Shown: piece after piece, positions 1 to 7,335 of the stretch
Layout: every line of letters starts with the position of its first letter
Position numbering within the stretch: position 1 is the first letter of the stretch
DNA from: Waddliaceae bacterium
Lineage (GTDB): Bacteria; Chlamydiota; Chlamydiia; Chlamydiales; SLFE01
Length of the DNA stretch: 40,011 nucleotides
Reading direction: 5' to 3'
NCBI GenBank assembly: GCA_963783885.1
Contig: CAWAPJ010000003.1
Coordinates: forward strand, 1-40,011
Made by a program: the position numbers and the translations under genes
The notes under the pieces: model-generated
Database searches by the model: none
What the model saw: only the letters and a program-made list of their open reading frames with translations
Told to the model about the DNA's origin: nothing

Positions 1-803
1 GTTCCTGCTGCTTACTTGGTACCAGTCGTCTTGCTAGAGCCGGAGAGATGAGTACTTTCCGACAAACATACAGAAATGCCGATATTCTAATTCTCGACGA
101 TGTTCATGTTTTTTCCCGCAAAGGAGCGACCCAGGAAGAACTGTTTCATACCTTTAACGCCCTTCATCTCAGCGGCAAGCAGATCATTCTGACAGCTAAT
201 TGTCTTCCGCAGGAACTGCAGCATATAGAACCAAGGCTGATTAGCCGGTTCGAATGGGGTATTGTACTTCCCCTATTAATCCCAGGCAGGGAGGAACTGA
301 AAACTCTGCTTGCAAAAAAGATGGATGTTCTCAATTTTCCCTTAAACAAAAAAACCTCGCAATTTTTGCTGGAAACATTTCACACAAATCCTAAATCACT
401 CACCAGAGCTCTAGAAGCCCTTGTTTTGCGTTCAGACAACGATATTTCCCCTCAAAAAATAACAGTCCCCGCTGCCGCCGAGCTCCTTGCAGATCTCGTT
501 AAAGATGAGAAACTAAGCGAATTGACCCCTGATAAGATCTTAATCACTGTGTCTGAACATTTTGGAATAACAGTTGATGATATCACTGGCAAGTCTCAAC
601 AAAGAGATTCTGTTCTTCCCCGTCAAATTGCCATGTTTTTATGCAGGGTTAAGCTCAATCTCCCCTACATGAAAATTGGCGATCTATTTGAAAGGGATCA
701 TTCGACGGTCATGTCTAGTTTCAAAAGGATAGAAAAAGAAGTCAAGGAAGGACGAACCGAAGTAACCAGCTCTCTTTCAGCGATTAGCCATAAATTTCAG
801 TAA
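1..803 (+). CDS. dnaA: Chromosomal replication initiator DnaA, 5'-truncated by the window (resembles the chlamydial DnaA2 type)
   Basis: Walker B region DILILDDVH, then TQEELFHTFNALH, RLISRFEWG and the domain IV motifs PRQIAMFL and RDHSTV. The frame is open upstream of the ATG at 48. Confidence 0.95.
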   Translation, partial: SCCLLGTSRLARAGEMSTFRQTYRNADILILDDVHVFSRKGATQEELFHTFNALHLSGKQIILTANCLPQELQHIEPRLISRFEWGIVLPLLIPGREELKTLLAKKMDVLNFPLNKKTSQFLLETFHTNPKSLTRALEALVLRSDNDISPQKITVPAAAELLADLVKDEKLSELTPDKILITVSEHFGITVDDITGKSQQRDSVLPRQIAMFLCRVKLNLPYMKIGDLFERDHSTVMSSFKRIEKEVKEGRTEVTSSLSAISHKFQ

Positions 804-857
804 TATCCCTTTTCTTATTCCCATAAGGTCAGTATGAAGAAGTAAAAGGGGTGCGCT

Positions 858-1622
858 ATGGAATATCCAAATATATCTCCATCAGCCTCAACATCTTCAA
901 TAAAATCTCATGATTCAAACGATGGAAACTCTCCTCTCTACTATAAGGAAGACAGCTGCGAAAAAAAGGGGTTTACCCCTCTTGCATGCAAAATCTATAG
1001 GTTTCTTGAGAAACTGCTGGAAAAAACCCTTAGGAAGATGAACAATTCCGAGTTTCGAGGTTTCGCCAGATATCTGCAGGCCACCTGCCTGAACCATCTG
1101 ACAATCAACTATGTTCCAGGCTCTACGTTAACCGAGGGTCAAATCAAATGGATTAAGGATAACTCTAATTTCGATAAAATTACTACCTGTTATCGTCAGC
1201 AGTTTATTGATCTGATTGAAGAGGGCGGCAAAAGAGACCTAAAACGATTCTATCGATACCATAGAATCGACAACTATCTAACTGCACATGAAAATTATTA
1301 TTTACGTCAATTTATGAGGATCCGTAAAAAATCTCGATTGGATCTGAATATTTTTAAAGCCTTAAGAGCCGCCGCACTGATTCATGAGTACTCGCAATGG
1401 ATGACAAAAAAACAAAAAGCCTGCATGAAAGCTCATATGGATAAGTTTATCGAAGAAAATCGAAAAGAGCTTTGCAAAGCAACCAAAACCTACCTGGCCC
1501 GCCAAGTCAAGGAAGCCCCGCTTGAAGCCGATGAGCTTTTGGGACTCAATTGGAAAATCTATCACACTATGAGAAACTTTGCCGACGTGCTGCAGGAAGT
1601 TTCCGATAGCACGCTTGTATAA
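858..1622 (+). CDS. Hypothetical protein with a Ser-rich N-terminus (possible secreted effector)
   Basis: 254-aa ORF with purine-rich AAGGGG upstream; no recognisable family motif. Confidence 0.65.
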   Translation: MEYPNISPSASTSSIKSHDSNDGNSPLYYKEDSCEKKGFTPLACKIYRFLEKLLEKTLRKMNNSEFRGFARYLQATCLNHLTINYVPGSTLTEGQIKWIKDNSNFDKITTCYRQQFIDLIEEGGKRDLKRFYRYHRIDNYLTAHENYYLRQFMRIRKKSRLDLNIFKALRAAALIHEYSQWMTKKQKACMKAHMDKFIEENRKELCKATKTYLARQVKEAPLEADELLGLNWKIYHTMRNFADVLQEVSDSTLV

Positions 1623-1658
1623 AAATAGCACACATGATACGATGATTCTTTAAAAATT

Positions 1659-1733
1659 CGGAGTATAGCGCAGCTTGGCTAGCGCGGCTGCTTTGGGAGC
1701 AGTAGGTCGGGGGTTCGAATCCCTCTACTCCGA
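1659..1733 (+). tRNA. tRNA-Pro (anticodon TGG), CCA not encoded
   Basis: Acceptor stem CGGAGTA/TACTCCG, anticodon arm GCTGC-TTTGGGA-GCAGT, T-loop GGTTCGAATCC. Confidence 0.97.
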
Positions 1734-1737
1734 AATG

Positions 1738-1766
1738 AGCTCCGGGATATAGCCCGGAGCTTTTTT
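1738..1766 (+). terminator. Intrinsic terminator after tRNA-Pro
   Basis: Stem-loop AGCTCCGGG-atatag-CCCGGAGCT followed by a T run. Confidence 0.85.
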
Positions 1767-1771
1767 AATGG

Positions 1772-1800
1772 TAGACACTCAAGCTCAAATATTTTATAAT
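1772..1800 (+). promoter_or_regulatory. Sigma70/sigma66-type promoter for lgt
   Basis: TAGACA (1772-1777), 17-bp spacer, TATAAT (1795-1800). Confidence 0.7.
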
Positions 1801-1806
1801 ATTGGC

Positions 1807-2844
1807 ATGAATTCTCTATTTTGCTGGCTGTATTGGAATCCATCGAGGGTAATCTTCCATATCCCTTTCATTGACCATCCGGTGACCTGGTATGGAGCCT
1901 TTTTCGCTCTCGGGTTTGCCATTTGCTATTTTTTACTGGTTTCAATTTTTAAAAAACAATTTTTAATTTCAGGAATCATCAAACCTTCCAGAATCAAAAG
2001 TTTGGCCAAGCTTCAAGAAGAGTTCAAAGAGATCCCTTATCCTCCCACTGTCGAGGGACTGAATCAGGCGCTCCAGGACCCCCAGTTCTGCCTGAGCCCT
2101 GAGGAAGGAATGCTCAAGTTGGAAGGCATGCTGCCGGGCGCTCTCTATAAAGCCAAAGATATGGCCTTATTTCTAATCGACCGCCTCTTGTGGTATATCA
2201 TTCTAGGTACACTTATCGGCGCGAGGCTTGGCGAAGTGATATTTTATGACTTCCCCCTCTTTTGGCAGAACCCCTTGGAAATTTTTATGGTCTGGCATGG
2301 GGGCCTTGCCAGCCATGGGGCGGCGATCGGCATATTATTTTCGCTTTACCTCTTTTATGTCCGCAAAAAGGATTCTCTTCCCGGAGGATCGTTTTTTGAC
2401 TTTCTGGACCTGTTCGTCATTCCGCTTCCTCTGGCATTTGCCTGCATCCGATTCGGCAACTTTATCAACCAGGAAATCCTCGGCACCCCTACAGAGGCCC
2501 CATGGGCCATCATCTTCGGAAACCCTATTGATCGGCTGCCGATTGTCCCCAGACACCCTGTCATGCTCTATGAAGCCGCCGCCTATATTGCCCTCTTTGG
2601 CATTCTTTACGTCTTTTGGCATAAAAAACGGACACAACTTAGGACTGGAATGATTTCGGGAATATTCTTCATTTACGCCTTTTCAGCTAGGTTCATACTC
2701 GAATTCTTTAAAGTGTCCCAAGCCAGCTACACCCTCATTCCGGGGCTTGACATGGGCCAGGTCCTCAGCATTCCCTTTATCCCCTTGGGCATTATTTTAG
2801 TTTGGCAGGCATCGAAGATCCGGCCTAAAGTCATTGATTTTTAA
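1807..2844 (+). CDS. lgt: Prolipoprotein diacylglyceryl transferase
   Basis: Motifs WYG, IGARLG, WHGGLASHG, RFGNFINQEILG, RHPVMLYE and RFILEFFK. The start was moved from 1768 to 1807 because the promoter lies inside 1768-1806. Confidence 0.95.
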   Translation: MNSLFCWLYWNPSRVIFHIPFIDHPVTWYGAFFALGFAICYFLLVSIFKKQFLISGIIKPSRIKSLAKLQEEFKEIPYPPTVEGLNQALQDPQFCLSPEEGMLKLEGMLPGALYKAKDMALFLIDRLLWYIILGTLIGARLGEVIFYDFPLFWQNPLEIFMVWHGGLASHGAAIGILFSLYLFYVRKKDSLPGGSFFDFLDLFVIPLPLAFACIRFGNFINQEILGTPTEAPWAIIFGNPIDRLPIVPRHPVMLYEAAAYIALFGILYVFWHKKRTQLRTGMISGIFFIYAFSARFILEFFKVSQASYTLIPGLDMGQVLSIPFIPLGIILVWQASKIRPKVIDF

Positions 2845-2862
2845 AGAAATTCCGCTTATGAT
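2834..2862 (+). promoter_or_regulatory. Probable sigma70-type promoter for the ferredoxin operon
   Basis: TTGATT, 17-bp spacer, TATGAT; RBS GGAG precedes the ATG at 2886. Confidence 0.45.
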
Positions 2863-2885
2863 AATTTCATATTCGGAGAAAAATT

Positions 2886-3152
2886 ATGGGTAAGTTAATA
2901 TTTGAAAATAATGGCGAAGAAGTCGAACTTCAGGAAGGCGACTCCATTGCCGAAGTTTGCGAAGAGCAAGGCGTTCCCTTCGCCTGCACGGAAGGCGTTT
3001 GCGGAACATGCGTGATCGAGATTGTCGACGGCCAGGAAAATCTGACCGATCAAACGCAGGAAGAAGAAGATTTTTTAGGGCCGGGAGTGACAGACGAAAG
3101 ACTTGCCTGCCAGTGCCACATGAGAAAAGGAAACGTAACCATTAGGTTTTAG
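2886..3152 (+). CDS. fdx: 2Fe-2S ferredoxin
   Basis: CxxGxCGxC (CTEGVCGTC) plus RLACQC; acidic 88-aa protein. Confidence 0.93.
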   Translation: MGKLIFENNGEEVELQEGDSIAEVCEEQGVPFACTEGVCGTCVIEIVDGQENLTDQTQEEEDFLGPGVTDERLACQCHMRKGNVTIRF

Positions 3153-3156
3153 AACT

Positions 3157-3729
3157 ATGCCCGAAGAAACCAATCCAAAAATTCATCGTCAAATGACAAT
3201 ATCCGCCATACTCGGGATGTTCCCCTACAAAGCTCAACGCCTCTCCCAGGAAATTTCGAATGCCGGCCTGCACTGTATCGGCTGCAATGCTGCGACCATG
3301 GAAACCTTGGAACAAGGAATGTACGTTCACGGTAAATCCGATGATGAGATCGATCAACTGGTCGAAAAGCTCAACGCCCTTCTCGAAGAAAAAGTCGACA
3401 GTTCAACAATCACCATGACTCCCCGCGCGGCGAAAAAATATCTCTCCATCCTTGAATCCGAAGGCAAGCAGGGCTGGGGCATCCGTTTTGATGAAAAAAT
3501 GGCCGGATGCAATGGATTCGAATATGTTCTCGACTATTCAGAAAAGGCCCGGGAAGACGATGAAATCATCATTTCTCAGGAAATTGAAATTCATGTAAAG
3601 AAATCGATGCTCGACCGCCTTCTCGGATCCGAGATCGACTATATCGACGGCCTGCAAGGATCGGGATTCAAAATCAGCAATCCGAACGTAAAGTCGTCAT
3701 GCGGCTGCGGCACATCGCACGGTTATTAA
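3157..3729 (+). CDS. IscA/HesB-family Fe-S assembly protein with an N-terminal DUF1858-like domain
   Basis: N-terminal GLHCIGC..ETLEQG..HG; C-terminal GCNG and NPNVKSSCGCGTS. Confidence 0.88.
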   Translation: MPEETNPKIHRQMTISAILGMFPYKAQRLSQEISNAGLHCIGCNAATMETLEQGMYVHGKSDDEIDQLVEKLNALLEEKVDSSTITMTPRAAKKYLSILESEGKQGWGIRFDEKMAGCNGFEYVLDYSEKAREDDEIIISQEIEIHVKKSMLDRLLGSEIDYIDGLQGSGFKISNPNVKSSCGCGTSHGY

Positions 3730-3730
3730 G

Positions 3731-4144
3731 ATGGGGAAGAAAAAAAGAGTTTCGGAGATCATCTCTCATATTTCACTTGGGACAAATCATTTTGACCGAG
3801 CAGTCGAATTTTACGAAAAGGTGTTAGCTCCTCTCGGGATTAAAAAAGTGATGGAGTTTGAAGACGCAGTCGCTTTCGGCAAGAGCAGCGCCGAATTTTG
3901 GATACAAGAGCCTATTGACGGAAAAAAAGCCGCAAGCGGCAACGGCACTCATGTCGCTTTCATCGCTCCTGACAAAAAATCAGTCAAAGAGTTCCACAAA
4001 ATTGCCCTAAAACTGGGCGCAAAAGACGAAGGCAAACCCGGCCCCCGGCCCGACTACGGCAAGGGTCATTACATAGCGTTTGTCCGCGACCTTGACGGCC
4101 ACAAAATCGAAGCTACATACTACGACAGCTCCCTCGCTGAGTGA
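3731..4144 (+). CDS. VOC/glyoxalase family protein
   Basis: HISLG..FYEKVL..LG, NGTHVAF, PGPRPDY, AFVRDLDGHKIE. Confidence 0.9.
   Translation: MGKKKRVSEIISHISLGTNHFDRAVEFYEKVLAPLGIKKVMEFEDAVAFGKSSAEFWIQEPIDGKKAASGNGTHVAFIAPDKKSVKEFHKIALKLGAKDEGKPGPRPDYGKGHYIAFVRDLDGHKIEATYYDSSLAE
4037..4144 (+). repeat. Direct repeat copy 1 (last 108 bp of the VOC gene)
   Basis: Matches 4972-5079 at 106 of 108 positions. Confidence 0.95.
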
Positions 4145-4249
4145 CAAAACAAAAATAACTTCACGGAAATTATTGATATATATGATACATAATAATATAA
4201 CGTTACATTCGAAAATAACGAGAAAAGTAATTTATGAACTTGTCATATC

Positions 4250-4408
4250 GTCTTTATGTTTTTTTTCGATTCGATGGCAAGGGAAAGATCCCTGTCCTTC
4301 AAATTATTTCCACCTGTTAAATAGTTGCGTATTACGCTGAATCCGTGGAAATAATTTGAAGCTGAGAGCCCTTTATCATGCCATCGAATCGAAAAAAATC
4401 TTAAAGGC
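4250..4408. repeat. 159-bp palindromic element E1 (nested inverted repeats)
   Basis: TTTTTTTCGATTCGATGGCA (4260-4279) pairs with 4379-4398; CTTCAAATTATTTCCAC (4297-4313) pairs with GTGGAAATAATTTGAAG (4345-4361). Confidence 0.85.
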
Positions 4409-4522
4409 ATAAAATTAAAAGAAAAATAGAATTCAACTCAATTTAGAGGTACAGTTCAACAAATATACAAATAGAAACAACCTCAATTTTATGAGAATTT
4501 ACTAAAAAAAGGAGTAACTAAA

Positions 4523-4897
4523 ATGAATCCAGTTAATAATCATAGAAAAAATACTTTTGTAGGCCAGCAAAACTCTCAAACCTCAAGTACCTTCAAACCA
4601 ACAGAAGAAGATATTGCTAAATTCACTCAATTGTTTAAAAAAGCAGAAGAATACATAAAAAGCTCTCGTCAAAAAGACCCAGAGTATGCTCATAAATATG
4701 TTTACTATCATGTTGATGATATGAATTTAACAAGAAAAATTAGAAAATCATACTCTGATTGGCAGATGATGGTTGAACAAAAAAGTGAGGGGAAATTTGT
4801 GTTAAGACGAGAGTCAACAGTTAGTATGGATCAAGATGACCATGACTTTTTTGTAATCGCATTAAATGGAACAGATTTTTTAGGAATTGGACTTTAA
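4523..4897 (+). CDS. Hypothetical protein (AT-rich orphan)
   Basis: 124-aa ORF with a strong AAGGAG RBS. Confidence 0.7.
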   Translation: MNPVNNHRKNTFVGQQNSQTSSTFKPTEEDIAKFTQLFKKAEEYIKSSRQKDPEYAHKYVYYHVDDMNLTRKIRKSYSDWQMMVEQKSEGKFVLRRESTVSMDQDDHDFFVIALNGTDFLGIGL

Positions 4898-4971
4898 ATA
4901 TATAAAGTTAATTTTTCATAAATTTAAAGGGCTGAATTTCGGCCGGGCGCGAGGTCTCAGATGGAGACGAT

Positions 4972-5079
4972 CCCGGCCCCCGGCCCGACTACGGCAAGGG
5001 TCATTACATAGCGTTTGTCCGCGACCTTGACGGCCACAAAATCGAAGCCACATTCTACGACAGCTCCCTCGCTGAGTGA
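4972..5079 (+). repeat. Direct repeat copy 2 (detached 3' end of the VOC gene)
   Basis: Encodes PGPRPDYGKGHYIAFVRDLDGHKIEATFYDSSLAE-stop with no start codon. Confidence 0.95.
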
Positions 5080-5094
5080 AAGTGTTGCTAGGGC

Positions 5095-5126
5095 ATTGCA
5101 GGAAACCTGCAATCTACCGGCTTTTT
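5095..5126 (+). terminator. Hairpin, possible terminator after repeat copy 2
   Basis: ATTGCAGG-aaa-CCTGCAAT with a T run about 8 nt later, just before the stop of the convergent gene. Confidence 0.45.
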
Positions 5127-5129
5127 AAA

Positions 5130-5828
5130 TTATGACTCCGAATAAAGCGAAAAAGTCTGAGATTTGATTCTAAAAATTTTCTTCAGCACTCCAGCATCAG
5201 TTTTGCTTAAAATAATGGAGTATTTCGGTTGAATATAACTACTTTCTTTGTAACTTTTTGATTTGTCTTTAACCTGGGCAGAGAAGATAGGACTTGTTAA
5301 ATTGATAGACTTAACAATTTCATCCAAAATTCCTTTATCAACATTGTCAATATCGATCCATTTAATACGATTATAATCATCTTTCTTGATATCATTCTCA
5401 AACCTGGTAATTAATTCGTCGATTTTCTCTTTCTTGTATTTAAGAAATTCAGATTTTTTCTTGGCAGCACAAACAAACGGGGTATTATCTTGAACAGTTT
5501 CTGTTTTCTTTGGAAGAGAAACTTTTAATCGCGAGCGAGCTTTTTCTACACAATAACCACTTTGAAGAAGATCTTGAATAATCTTATTTATAACCAAAGC
5601 AGGAACTTTTAGTGAATCCCAAACAATTTCAAAATCATCTCCATCCAATGGATCCCAAACCTCAACTTTCCTGGAACTAGCAATGGCCAATTTAAATTTC
5701 CATTCTTTGAGAGGATGTGGTTGTCTCAGAACTGAATCTATGATTTCTTTATATTTGTCATAGGTTTCTTTGTTTTTATCGGTCCAGCAAATTGGCTTTA
5801 AGAAAGCTTTTGACAACTGCACGTTCAT
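5130..5828 (-). CDS. Hypothetical protein (AT-rich, Lys-rich orphan)
   Basis: 232-aa ORF with a GGAGG RBS on the minus strand. Confidence 0.7.
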   Translation of the reverse strand: MNVQLSKAFLKPICWTDKNKETYDKYKEIIDSVLRQPHPLKEWKFKLAIASSRKVEVWDPLDGDDFEIVWDSLKVPALVINKIIQDLLQSGYCVEKARSRLKVSLPKKTETVQDNTPFVCAAKKKSEFLKYKKEKIDELITRFENDIKKDDYNRIKWIDIDNVDKGILDEIVKSINLTSPIFSAQVKDKSKSYKESSYIQPKYSIILSKTDAGVLKKIFRIKSQTFSLYSES

Positions 5829-5964
5829 TTATAGATACCTCCGCATAAAATCTTTAAAGCAGTAATATTACTCTTTTCTAATTTGGATGTCTATAAGAAA
5901 AACCTATGTGTATGGCTGCCGACTTGCATCAGTATGAAATGGTGCTCCGAGTGGAAAAGAATTG

Positions 5965-6014
5965 AAAAAGCGGCGAGGATGGAGGATATAAACTTTTGCC
6001 CTTTTCCTCGCCGT
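5965..6014 (-). terminator. Intrinsic terminator of the 6023-6796 gene
   Basis: Minus strand reads ACGGCGAGGA...TCCTCGCCGC-TTTTT just after the stop codon. Confidence 0.55.
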
Positions 6015-6022
6015 TGCTGCTG

Positions 6023-6796
6023 TTAAGAGATAGCCTTCTCCATTTTCTCTCTGCAGATGGGAAGCCCTTGGGCGATGCTTTCCCTAAATTCGTTGCTGTA
6101 GTCCTCCTGCTGAGTTTTAGCCTGCTCGCAAAGCTCATAGTACTTACCGAGAATTCTGAAAACTTTGGGATTGTTCATCCCTGTCATGAGCAGGTCCATT
6201 TCTTCTAAATTTAGAGTTTCGAGTACCTCCTGGCCAATCATCATGCGCTCGGTCATCAATGGCTTGCACACCTCATCCGGAATAGCTGCAAATTTTGCCT
6301 GCATATTCTTTTGTTCTTTCTCGGATAAAGTCGTTACCAAGCCTTTTGTAAGCCACGCCTTAGCGGGTTCTGTCAGGTTCACTTTTCCGTATCCCTGTTC
6401 GATGTAGGGAACAATGCGATCGTAATAAAAACGGTACATGTCATTCATTTTCTCTTCGGCTTTTTGTTGAACAGGAATCATTGCTTTAAAAACATCCGAA
6501 TTTACCGCAACATTCAGAAGATTATCTTTTGATTTTTTTAATTGTTCATATAACTCTTTCACTTTTTCTTGATTCAAGCTGAGCTTCTCTGCAGATTCAG
6601 GATTTTTTGTGGTGAGTCTTTGCTTTATGCCCGTGTGCAAGGTCTCCACCTTTGTCAGTAACTCGGTATATGTCATCGAAAATGTTGATGATAAATCTTC
6701 AAAGATCGACAGAGCAGTCGTGATCCATTCTTTTCGCTCTGTTGTTTTTTCCTGTGTATTTATTTGATCAGGGATTTTCTCCTTGACAGGTTCCAT
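6023..6796 (-). CDS. Hypothetical helical protein
   Basis: 257-aa ORF with an AAGGAGG RBS. The C-terminus only loosely recalls DUF2059. Confidence 0.75.
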   Translation of the reverse strand: MEPVKEKIPDQINTQEKTTERKEWITTALSIFEDLSSTFSMTYTELLTKVETLHTGIKQRLTTKNPESAEKLSLNQEKVKELYEQLKKSKDNLLNVAVNSDVFKAMIPVQQKAEEKMNDMYRFYYDRIVPYIEQGYGKVNLTEPAKAWLTKGLVTTLSEKEQKNMQAKFAAIPDEVCKPLMTERMMIGQEVLETLNLEEMDLLMTGMNNPKVFRILGKYYELCEQAKTQQEDYSNEFRESIAQGLPICREKMEKAIS

Positions 6797-6922
6797 TATG
6801 CTCCTCCTTAAATATAGTTAATTTAACCATAAATTGTAGACAATAAGAAGAGGCATAATAAAAGTCTACAAGATTCTAATCATAGTCATTTCTTAAGCGA
6901 AAGAGTTTTTATATTTAATCTG

Positions 6923-7303
6923 TTAAGAATTTAAATCTGTGACTCTTTGATTGGGGTGAATTCCACTCCTGATAGATTGATTTATAGCCCTTTGACCCTG
7001 ATTGCTACCTAAACTTGTTGTTAAAGTCTTTCGTTGGATTCAGATGCGTAGACTCGATTTGAAGGCAAGGGTAATCCCTTGCCGATAATCGAGGCTTAGC
7101 AGATGAATTCAATGAAAGATTTTAACAACAAGTTTAGGTAGCAATCAGGGTCTTTGGATTCTTGCTTCCAATTCCCGAGTTCCATAATTATTTTGAATTG
7201 CAGCTATAATCCTCATTTTTTCAGATTCGGAAAGTAGATTTGTTGGAATAGCATCAAGATTTTCAAGAGCGATTCTTTCTTTCTCCATCGGATTAACTTG
7301 CAT
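6923..7303 (-). pseudogene. 72-aa ORF interrupted by palindromic element E2
   Basis: Removing 6994-7152 and one TTT copy restores MQVNPMEKER...EARIQ/RAINQSIRSGIHPNQRVTDLNS-stop. Confidence 0.5.
6994..7152. mobile_element. 159-bp MITE-like palindromic element E2
   Basis: 49-bp terminal inverted repeats (6994-7042 and 7104-7152; first 32 bp perfect), inner hairpin GGCAAGGG-taat-CCCTTGCC, TTT on both flanks. Confidence 0.75.
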
Positions 7304-7335
7304 AAACTACCTTCATTTTAAACATAATCCTTGTG

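Noticed and set aside
804-857. Possible oriC next to dnaA
   Set aside because: The gap is only 54 bp and I saw no cluster of TTATCCACA-like boxes.
4080-4340. 86-aa ORF overlapping the VOC gene end and element E1
   Set aside because: It spans a promoter-like AT tract and a palindrome, overlaps a real gene out of frame and has no motif.
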